A stretch of DNA of 14,447 nt from Elusimicrobiota bacterium (GCA_046153645.1 JBJXGI010000033.1:1-14447), one strand, 5' to 3'. Numbered from the stretch's first letter, positions 8,350 to 14,447 are shown. Numbers and translations are program-made. Notes: generated by a model from the letters alone, not told the origin.

Positions 8350-10202
8350 ACATTTTTAATGACTGGTTCTTGAGGGAAGGCTGTGGGCGGTTTGGGAATA
8401 TTGACTGAAACACCTAATTCTTTCAATTGTTTTGGTTCGGGTAATCCCGGAGCGCCACTGACAAGGCATGTCCCCTTGGCTGTTTTCGGAAAAGCAATAA
8501 CATCACGAATAGAAGTTTCACCAACCATTAAGGCAACAAATCGATCGAGGCCAAGAGCAATACCCGCATGTGGCGGGGCGCCGGATTCTAATGCGTCAAG
8601 TAAAAAACCAAATTTATCCTGCATTTCTTCTCGTGATAAACCCAAGAGAGACAAAATGCTTCGTTGGGCATCAGCATCATGAATACGAACACTGCCTCCG
8701 CCGAGCTCTGTTCCATTTAGAACCAAATCATAAGCCCTGGCTTTGAATGTGCCTAAAACTGAATTGGGATTGGTTACCTCAACTTTGGGGTCTAACTTAC
8801 TTAAAGCGTCCATATCTTCCGGGCGTGGAGTTGTAAAGGGATGGTGAACACTGACCCATCTTTTATCTTCATCACTCCACTCAAATAAGGGGAAATCAGT
8901 GACCCATAATATTTCTAACGAATCTTTTAATGCTGGCAAGTTTCCTTTCACTATAAATTGATTCCATAAATGAATTCGCAGGCCACCCATAACACTTTCA
9001 GCGGTCTTTGTTTTATCAGAAACAATGAAAACAATGTCTCCTGCAGAGGCTTTCATTTCTTGAATAATTTGAGATTTTTCTGTGTCGCTTAAAAATTTGG
9101 CGATAGGAGATTCAATGGACCCATCAGCGCTTACTTTAAGCCAGGCCAAGCCTTGTGCCCCAATTGATTTAGCAAAAGTGGTGAGATCATCAACTTCTTT
9201 TCGAGAAAAAATTGCGCCGCCTTTATGTAGCAGTCCTTTTACTGATCCGCCTGATTGAATATTATTTTTTATTCGTTCAAATCCGGTATTTTTAAGAACT
9301 TGAGTTAAGTCGATCATGTGACCTGGAATTCTTAAGTCTGGTTTGTCGCTTCCGTATTTAGAGCGGGCCTCAGAATAAGACATTTGCCTGAGGGGAAGCT
9401 TGATGTCGATATCCAACTCTTTTTTGAAACAGGCAATAACCAATTTTTCAATGAGGGACATGATGTCTTTTTCTTCAACAAAAGACATTTCTAAATCAAT
9501 TTGGGTAAATTCTGGTTGTCGATCTGCTCTTAAGTCTTCATCGCGGAAACAACGGACAACCTGATAATAACGATCAAACCCTGAAACCATTAAAACTTGT
9601 TTAAACAGTTGAGGAGACTGGGGTAATGCGTAAAAAGCACCTGGTGTCAGTCGAGAAGGAACTAAAAAGTCACGCGCTCCTTCAGGTGTAGAGCGAGTTA
9701 GCATGGGAGTTTCAATTTCGTAAAACCCCTCTTTATTTAGAATTTCTCGAATTAATTGACTTAAAGAATGACGAATTCGAATATTTCGTTGGAGAGGGGG
9801 ACGTCTTAAATCCAAATATCGATATTTCAAACGAACATCTTCAGAAGCTTGGTTGAATTCAGAAATTTCAAAGGGAGGCGTTTTGGCTTTGTTAAAGATG
9901 ATAAGTTTATCAGCTAAAACTTCGATGGCACCGGTGGCTAAGTGGGGATTTACTGTTCCCTCTGGACGAGGCCTTGTTTTACCAATGACTTGAATAACAA
10001 ATTCACTGCGCAATTGCTCGGCTGTTGAGAAAATATGTTGGTTTTGAGGGTCAAAGACAACCTGGACTAAACCGGTTCGGTCTCTTAAGTCAATAAAGAG
10101 AACCCCTCCATGATCACGTCTGGAATGTACCCAACCAGCCAACTGTACTTCATGACCGACGTGGGATAACCCCACCTCGGCGCAGTAGAGAGATCGCATC
10201 AT
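8346..10202 (-). CDS. aspS: Aspartate--tRNA(Asp/Asn) ligase, bacterial type, probably non-discriminating
   Basis: Motifs GWVHSRRDHGG, RYLDLRR, TPEGARDFLVP, ALPQSPQLFKQ, CFRDEDLRADRQPEFTQID, HHPFT and GAPPHAGIALGLDR; His31 and Gly82 are present. Confidence 0.98.
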   Translation of the reverse strand: MMRSLYCAEVGLSHVGHEVQLAGWVHSRRDHGGVLFIDLRDRTGLVQVVFDPQNQHIFSTAEQLRSEFVIQVIGKTRPRPEGTVNPHLATGAIEVLADKLIIFNKAKTPPFEISEFNQASEDVRLKYRYLDLRRPPLQRNIRIRHSLSQLIREILNKEGFYEIETPMLTRSTPEGARDFLVPSRLTPGAFYALPQSPQLFKQVLMVSGFDRYYQVVRCFRDEDLRADRQPEFTQIDLEMSFVEEKDIMSLIEKLVIACFKKELDIDIKLPLRQMSYSEARSKYGSDKPDLRIPGHMIDLTQVLKNTGFERIKNNIQSGGSVKGLLHKGGAIFSRKEVDDLTTFAKSIGAQGLAWLKVSADGSIESPIAKFLSDTEKSQIIQEMKASAGDIVFIVSDKTKTAESVMGGLRIHLWNQFIVKGNLPALKDSLEILWVTDFPLFEWSDEDKRWVSVHHPFTTPRPEDMDALSKLDPKVEVTNPNSVLGTFKARAYDLVLNGTELGGGSVRIHDADAQRSILSLLGLSREEMQDKFGFLLDALESGAPPHAGIALGLDRFVALMVGETSIRDVIAFPKTAKGTCLVSGAPGLPEPKQLKELGVSVNIPKPPTAFPQEPVIKNV

Positions 10203-10738
10203 GCCGCTTTCTTCTCCACTTGTTGTTGGATCTTTTTAATTTTTTCTCGAAGTATTTGTATATTTTCAGGTGTGTTGTTTAGTATCACGTTGTTTAACTC
10301 TGTCGATAAAATTTGAGCTACCTTTTCTTGTTGCTCGATACGAGACTGTACACTTTTTTTCATCTCATCGAAAGCAATAATTACATCTGAAAGCTGATCG
10401 GTTTCTCTGATTTGGGTGGTTCCTTCGAAATTTCCGTCTGAAAGGCGTTTTAAACCTTTTTCCAAAGCATAAAGAGGACCAGCTATGGTGTGAAACAAAA
10501 AATAATGTTCAATTCCAATCCCTATCACTAAAATGAGTAAGGTTAAAGCAAAGCCCCAGCGAAGAGAATCTTTGATCTCGCCCCAATTTTGGAGCGAAAT
10601 AGGTCCCGTCAAAAGATATTTAGAAATTGCGCTTTCAAATAAAAAATAACCTGCGGTATAACAAATCAATACAAGTGAGATAACCCATAATAATTGAGTC
10701 AGCTGAAATCTAGGTTTCACTAATAGTTTTTTACGCAT
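10199..10738 (-). CDS. Small membrane protein with two TM helices, a HAMP domain and a short coiled-coil tail
   Basis: Two hydrophobic segments, then HTIAGPLYALEKGLKRLSDGNF...RETDQLSDVIIAFDEM, which fits a HAMP pattern. The likely start is the ATG at 10738, which overlaps the panC stop (TAATG), rather than 10750 as in the ORF track. Confidence 0.8.
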   Translation of the reverse strand: MRKKLLVKPRFQLTQLLWVISLVLICYTAGYFLFESAISKYLLTGPISLQNWGEIKDSLRWGFALTLLILVIGIGIEHYFLFHTIAGPLYALEKGLKRLSDGNFEGTTQIRETDQLSDVIIAFDEMKKSVQSRIEQQEKVAQILSTELNNVILNNTPENIQILREKIKKIQQQVEKKAA

Positions 10739-11616
10739 TAACTGACCCATATATTATCAATTAACCTCGTTTTTCCAATCCAAACCGCTGCTGCAATAAC
10801 GCAAGGGCCTTTCTTTGATCCAAAGGCTTTAAGAGAAGTTGGATCAATTACTTGAATGTAATCGATATTCGCATCAGGAACAAGAGATAAAAGTAATTTT
10901 TCTATATTTTTAGTCACAGTCTTCAGCCCACCATCTCGGCTTACGGTGCCCCGAGATGACGATACGGTTTTAAGTTGTTGGGCACCCCATTGAAGAGCTT
11001 GTCTAATGCCTATTGCGTTTTGCCGCTCTTTAGGAGATAAATACGTATTTCGACTTGAAAGCGCCAATCCATCAGATTCCCGAACAGTTTGACATCTAAT
11101 TATTTTCACTTGGAAGTTAAGATCTTTTACCATTTTTTCAATAACTCTTAATTGTTGGAAATCTTTCATCCCAAAATAAGCTTTATGAGGTTGAACAAGA
11201 TTAAAAAGTTTACTGACAACTGTGGTAACTCCTTTAAAATGCCCTGGTCCACGAGAAAGCGGGCTTCCACATAAAACTTCGGTTAGTCCCCATACCTCCA
11301 CCTGTGAGGAAAAAGATTCTGGGTACATTTCTGAAGCACTAGGAGCGAACAAGGCGTTGTTCTTGTACTTTATAAGCATTTTTTTGTCTTTTTCCCAGGT
11401 TTTTGGATAACGACTAAAATCCTCTTTTGGGCCGAATTGTTTTGGATTCACAAAAATTGACGCAATGGTAAGGTCATTTTCTTTGACTGACCTTTGAATA
11501 AGTGACATATGTCCTTCATGAAGAGCTCCCATGGTGGGAACAAAACCAATCATTTTGGAAGAGGGGACACTTGCGCGCCATTTTCTTAATTGGGCAATGG
11601 TTTTTAAAATAATCAT
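10738..11616 (-). CDS. panC: Pantoate--beta-alanine ligase (pantothenate synthetase)
   Basis: Motifs FVPTMGALHEGH, SIFVNPKQF, GHFKGVTTVVSKLF, YFGMKDFQQL, RESDGLALSSRN and TRLIDN. Confidence 0.97.
   Translation of the reverse strand: MIILKTIAQLRKWRASVPSSKMIGFVPTMGALHEGHMSLIQRSVKENDLTIASIFVNPKQFGPKEDFSRYPKTWEKDKKMLIKYKNNALFAPSASEMYPESFSSQVEVWGLTEVLCGSPLSRGPGHFKGVTTVVSKLFNLVQPHKAYFGMKDFQQLRVIEKMVKDLNFQVKIIRCQTVRESDGLALSSRNTYLSPKERQNAIGIRQALQWGAQQLKTVSSSRGTVSRDGGLKTVTKNIEKLLLSLVPDANIDYIQVIDPTSLKAFGSKKGPCVIAAAVWIGKTRLIDNIWVS
10928..10962. repeat. GC-rich inverted repeat (hairpin) in frame inside panC
   Basis: CATCTCGG (10932-10939) and CCGAGATG (10951-10958) form a perfect 8-bp inverted repeat with an 11-nt loop. 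In the mRNA it extends to 12 bp with G-U pairs; 22 of 35 nt are G+C. Confidence 0.6.
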
Positions 11617-12417
11617 TTAATGGTAAGAGTTTTCTTTGCCAGGAAATTGACGGTTGAGAACATCATTTTTAAAACGTTCCAATGCTTTCTCCATCAATGG
11701 CCGAATCTGCGCATATTTTTTGACGAATTTTGGAACTGGCGTGTTATTAAAACCAAGAACATCATCCAAAACCAAAATCTGCCCATCGCAATGAATGCCG
11801 GCGCCAATGCCGATGGTTGGAATTTTTAATAATTTTGTAATTTTTTTGGCCAATAATTCAGGAATACCTTCTAGAACAATTGAGAAAACACCCAAACTCT
11901 GTAAATATAAAGCGTCTTTTTCAATTAATTTGGCTTCAGCGGTTGTTTTTCCATGAACACGGTAGCCGCCATCTATATTTATAGATTGAGGGGTGAGGCC
12001 CAAATGTCCCATAACGGGAATATTTGCCTCTAGTATTGCTTTAATAGAAGGGCCAATTCTCTTTCCTCCTTCCACTTTAACTGCTTGAGCTCCACCAGAT
12101 TTAATAAATTTTCCAGCTGTTTTTGCTGCTTCCCACGGAGCCATTTCATAAGACATAAAAGGCATATCTGCCACCAAGAGCGCATTTTTAATTCCACGGC
12201 TTGAAGCTTTAACGTGGTGAAGCATTTCTTCAATTGTAACAGGAATGGTATTCGGATATCCAAGACGTGTATTTGCTAACGAATCGCCCACCAAAGCAAT
12301 ATCAACTCCTAATTGGTCTATTAATTGGGCGCTAAAAGCGTCATAACAAGTGAGAGCCACTAAGGGGATTTTGTTTCTTTTTTTTTCTTTAAGAGAACGT
12401 ATTGATTGTTTTTCCAT
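11617..12417 (-). CDS. panB: 3-methyl-2-oxobutanoate hydroxymethyltransferase
   Basis: Motifs ALTCYD, LVGDSL, LVADMPFMSY, AVKVEGG, GHLGLTPQS and IPTIGIGAG..CDGQILV. Confidence 0.97.
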   Translation of the reverse strand: MEKQSIRSLKEKKRNKIPLVALTCYDAFSAQLIDQLGVDIALVGDSLANTRLGYPNTIPVTIEEMLHHVKASSRGIKNALLVADMPFMSYEMAPWEAAKTAGKFIKSGGAQAVKVEGGKRIGPSIKAILEANIPVMGHLGLTPQSINIDGGYRVHGKTTAEAKLIEKDALYLQSLGVFSIVLEGIPELLAKKITKLLKIPTIGIGAGIHCDGQILVLDDVLGFNNTPVPKFVKKYAQIRPLMEKALERFKNDVLNRQFPGKENSYH

Positions 12418-12911
12418 TGGGCGGCCATGGTAACTCTTTGACTTAAGTCAGTCAATTGAGATAATAATTGATAATTTTTAATTTTAAAAAGAGGGTGAAT
12501 TTCATTTGGGGCCATCTCGCATAAAGGAACCAGAACAAAACGTCTTTCATGATATCGTGGGTGGGGGATAAGGGGAGTTTTTTTTCTAGTTATTTTTCCC
12601 ATTAATAAAATATCTAAATCCGCAACACGAGGCCCCCATCGAACAATACGCTTGCGCCCTAATTGTTTTTCAATTTTTTGGAGTTTAGTCAATAAAAGCG
12701 CTGGCGAAAGTTTTGTTTCTATTGATACAACAGCATTGTAAAAAGACCGTTGTTTAGGTCCCCCGATGGGTGATGTTTCATAAAGAGAAGAAACTTTAGA
12801 TATAGAACTATCGGGAAGATCGCCCAAAAGAAAAACCATTTGGTTTATTTTTTTAAGACGATTTCCTAAATTAGAACCAAGAGAAATGTAAGATAATGAT
12901 CTTCTCGACAA
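12360..12911 (-). CDS. folK: 2-amino-4-hydroxy-6-hydroxymethyldihydropteridine diphosphokinase (HPPK)
   Basis: Motifs YISLGSNLG, SSLYETSP, FYNAV, RWGPRVADLDIL and IPHPRYHERRFVLVPL. TTG start; the 3' end overlaps panB by 58 nt. Confidence 0.95.
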   Translation of the reverse strand: MSRRSLSYISLGSNLGNRLKKINQMVFLLGDLPDSSISKVSSLYETSPIGGPKQRSFYNAVVSIETKLSPALLLTKLQKIEKQLGRKRIVRWGPRVADLDILLMGKITRKKTPLIPHPRYHERRFVLVPLCEMAPNEIHPLFKIKNYQLLSQLTDLSQRVTMAAQWKNNQYVLLKKKKETKSP

Positions 12912-12923
12912 TCGAATAAAGGT

Positions 12924-13124
12924 TTAACTGGCTTGAAATTGAATAGAAGAAAGCTCTTTTTCAGAAATCCTCGATTTAATATTTAAGAATTCAACCCCTA
13001 TTGGTTTTCCGTTTTTATCGAAGTCAATAATAATCCCAGGTCTTACTTCTTCTGATTCTACAATGGGACTGTCATCCAACCTAAAATATAGGGCGTCACT
13101 TTTCTTATCAACCTTTAGTCTCAT
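12924..13124 (-). CDS. DUF2283-family small protein (putative type II antitoxin)
   Basis: 66 aa with the pattern D..SDALYFRL...ESEEVRPGIIIDFDKNGKPIGVEFL, which is characteristic of DUF2283. AAGAGG SD-like sequence 6 nt upstream. Confidence 0.88.
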   Translation of the reverse strand: MRLKVDKKSDALYFRLDDSPIVESEEVRPGIIIDFDKNGKPIGVEFLNIKSRISEKELSSIQFQAS

Positions 13125-13127
13125 AAG

Positions 13128-13210
13128 TTACCTCTTAATTCTTCTATCAAAAAAAGCAGTTCAATCGATCGTTCCTTAATCATAGCCTTAAAATGTTCAC
13201 TTTGTTCCAC
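13128..13210 (-). pseudogene. Internally deleted, frameshifted remnant of a DUF4258-like (RelE/BrnT-fold) toxin
   Basis: From the GTG at 13210 the frame reads VEQSEHFKAMIKERSIE, which resembles a DUF4258 N-terminus. From 13160 a different frame reads TAFFDRRIKR-stop (TAA at 13130-13128), which resembles a DUF4258 C-terminus. It lies immediately upstream of DUF2283. Confidence 0.65.
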
Positions 13211-13216
13211 AAAATA

Positions 13217-13225
13217 AATATATCA
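13217..13225 (-). promoter_or_regulatory. Putative extended -10 promoter (TGnTATATT) for the minus-strand operon
   Basis: On the minus strand, TG at 13225-13224, then A, then TATATT at 13222-13217, ending 6 nt before the GTG at 13210. No clear -35 element. Confidence 0.4.
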
Positions 13226-13258
13226 TTAAAATCCGACGGAAAAAAACTATTATTTTGC

Positions 13259-13288
13259 TTGACTTCATTTTTAGGTTTCATGTACTCT
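13259..13288 (+). promoter_or_regulatory. Putative sigma70 promoter TTGACT-N18-TACTCT for the small basic protein gene
   Basis: TTGACT at 13259-13264 and TACTCT at 13283-13288, with an A/T tract upstream (UP-element-like). It lies inside the divergent intergenic region. Confidence 0.55.
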
Positions 13289-13295
13289 ATTGTTC

Positions 13296-13351
13296 GTCGT
13301 CGATAATTCGACGGTAAATACGCATCAAAAATTGGTGCGGGACCAAGGAGG
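13296..13351 (+). promoter_or_regulatory. Structured 5' leader (two hairpins) followed by an AAGGAGG Shine-Dalgarno site
   Basis: CGTCGA-TAAT-TCGACG at 13298-13313; CGCATCAA-AAA-TTGGTGCG at 13321-13339 (one G-U pair); AAGGAGG at 13345-13351. Confidence 0.55.
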
Positions 13352-13361
13352 GCTTAATAAG

Positions 13362-13583
13362 ATGGCTCAAAAAGTCGCGAAAGCTGGTATCAAAAGAGAA
13401 GAAGGGTTCTTATACTTCATTGACAAACAAGGTGATGTTTCTCGAGCGAAAATGGCTCGTGGTGGAAAAAAGGGCGGCAAAGTACAAAAAGTACAGAAAG
13501 TGGGAATCAAAAAAGAAAAAGGGTTCCTCTATTTCCTTGATAAACAAGGGGATGTGTCAAAAGCGAAAATGGTCCGTAGATAA
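13362..13583 (+). CDS. Small basic protein with two tandem ~31-aa repeats (73 aa), function unknown
   Basis: The ATG at 13362 has AAGGAGG 10 nt upstream, making it a better start than the TTG at 13290 in the ORF track. Residues 3-33 and 42-72 are 24/31 identical. It has 21 K/R against 7 D/E. Confidence 0.88.
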   Translation: MAQKVAKAGIKREEGFLYFIDKQGDVSRAKMARGGKKGGKVQKVQKVGIKKEKGFLYFLDKQGDVSKAKMVRR

Positions 13584-13607
13584 ATTATCAGCTAGTAGAG
13601 TTTCTTT

Positions 13608-13645
13608 AAAGACCTCTGATTGTGAATGCAGTCAGAGGTCTTTTT
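13608..13645 (+). terminator. Intrinsic terminator, possibly bidirectional, between convergent genes
   Basis: AAAGACCTCTGATTG-TGAATG-CAGTCAGAGGTCTTT is a 15-bp stem with one G-U pair, running into TTTTTATTT. It starts 24 nt after the small gene's stop and abuts the stop of the convergent gene. Confidence 0.85.
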
Positions 13646-14447
13646 ATTTGAGTCGAAGCTCGATTTCTCTTTTAAGGTTTTCGAGCGTAATATAAATAGA
13701 CGAGTTGCTGCGTCTTTTTCTAAGCGAGTGATTAATAATTTTAAGAGCATTATTCAGTGAACCTTCTTTTAAGTAAATTTGGGCTAATTGAAGAGTTCCC
13801 ATGGGATCACCTGGCGCAAGTTCCAAACCTTTTTTTAAAGCTTCAATACCTTTGTAATCAATCCCTTGTTCTAAATAAAGCATTCCTAAGTGAAACCAGC
13901 CTAACGCGTAGCGCGGATCAATATCAATCGCTTTTCTGGCAAATCCTTCCGCTTGTAAATGTTTATTATAAAGATTCAAAATTCGAGCAATGTTAATAAG
14001 CGTGCGGGGATTTTTAGGTTCTAATTTAAAGGCTTCCGCGAAGTAATTTTCAGCAGGTCCAACGGCTTGATGTCTTAAAAATGATTCTCCAGCAATATTA
14101 AAAAGAAGAGCTTGTTCTTTAGGTGTTGAATTAAGATTAATCAGATTTTTAGGCAGATTGCGTTGCCGTGCTTTAAATAAATTTTCTTGAATAAGATTTT
14201 GTTGTCCACGGTGCAAGTAACGGGGCGCAGAGAATTCAAGAAGTGGTTTGTTATCAGTATTTAATTTTCCGTTTTTAGAATATTCTCTAAAATCAGCGTC
14301 ATCGAGAACAAAAGAAGTTGCTAAAAAAGAAAAGGGATGATCATATTTAAGAGGGGCTAAATCTTTTTTCATTTCGGAATTTGTCAGAAATTTCTGTTCA
14401 ACTTCTTTGTAATCAATTGTCCATTCATCGCGAGATCCAACCAAAAG
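13644..14447 (-). CDS. C-terminal part of a spermidine-synthase-like (fused MFS/spermidine synthase family) protein with a TPR tail; 5' truncated by the window
   Basis: The frame is open to the window edge. LNTDNKPLLEFSAPR resembles the C-terminal NTD.P.LEF motif of spermidine-synthase-like proteins. About four TPR-like units follow (AENYFAEAFKLEPKN, ARKAIDIDPRYALGWFHLG, ALKKGLELAPGD). Confidence 0.7.
   Translation of the reverse strand, partial: LLVGSRDEWTIDYKEVEQKFLTNSEMKKDLAPLKYDHPFSFLATSFVLDDADFREYSKNGKLNTDNKPLLEFSAPRYLHRGQQNLIQENLFKARQRNLPKNLINLNSTPKEQALLFNIAGESFLRHQAVGPAENYFAEAFKLEPKNPRTLINIARILNLYNKHLQAEGFARKAIDIDPRYALGWFHLGMLYLEQGIDYKGIEALKKGLELAPGDPMGTLQLAQIYLKEGSLNNALKIINHSLRKRRSNSSIYITLENLKREIELRLK

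Noticed and set aside
13232..13240. Mini-palindrome TCCG-A-CGGA in the divergent promoter region as a TA operator
   Set aside because: The arms are only 4 bp, too short to support without comparative data.
13290..13361. 24-aa N-terminal extension of the small basic protein from the TTG at 13290
   Set aside because: This start lies upstream of the predicted TSS and has no SD. The ATG at 13362 has AAGGAGG and begins the repeat unit.
13125..13361. Possible tRNA, riboswitch or T-box in the largest intergenic region
   Set aside because: I recognised no cloverleaf, T-box consensus or known aptamer. The space is accounted for by the toxin remnant, the divergent promoters and the leader hairpins.
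13368..13577. 117-bp-period direct repeat as a possible CRISPR or mobile-element repeat
   Set aside because: There are only two degenerate copies, both in frame and differing largely at synonymous sites; this is an internal protein repeat.
55..13996. Short antisense or alternate-frame ORFs in the track (55-246, 1274-1486, 1872-2117, 1994-2263, 3188-3520, 4469-4708, 5640-5882, 6572-6760, 6713-6952, 7958-8248, 8383-8682, 11222-11410, 11620-11829, 12030-12263, 13420-13695, 13757-13996)
   Set aside because: All overlap better-supported genes and show no recognisable motif; they are shadow ORFs.

Overview
An AT-rich bacterial chromosomal region, dominated by a tightly packed minus-strand housekeeping run of about 13 kb. 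In transcription order it reads: (DUF4258-like toxin remnant)-DUF2283-folK-panB-panC-2TM/HAMP protein-aspS (non-discriminating type)-phoH-7TM-HD phosphodiesterase (PgpH-like)-ybeY-recO-glyQ-glyS-coaX-outer-membrane beta-barrel-partial hypothetical ORF. Diverging from this run is a stand-alone plus-strand gene for a 73-aa, highly basic protein made of two tandem repeats. That gene has its own promoter, a two-hairpin leader, a strong SD and a terminator. The terminator also faces the 3' end of a convergent spermidine-synthase-like/TPR gene, which is cut off by the window edge. I saw no rRNA, tRNA, CRISPR array or transposase. Three things most deserve follow-up: (1) the small basic tandem-repeat protein unit, a candidate nucleoid or RNA-binding protein; (2) an internally deleted, frameshifted toxin remnant that leaves an orphan antitoxin at the head of the operon; (3) a GC-rich palindromic 12-codon segment in frame inside panC. 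All family assignments come from motif recognition by eye, not database searches.
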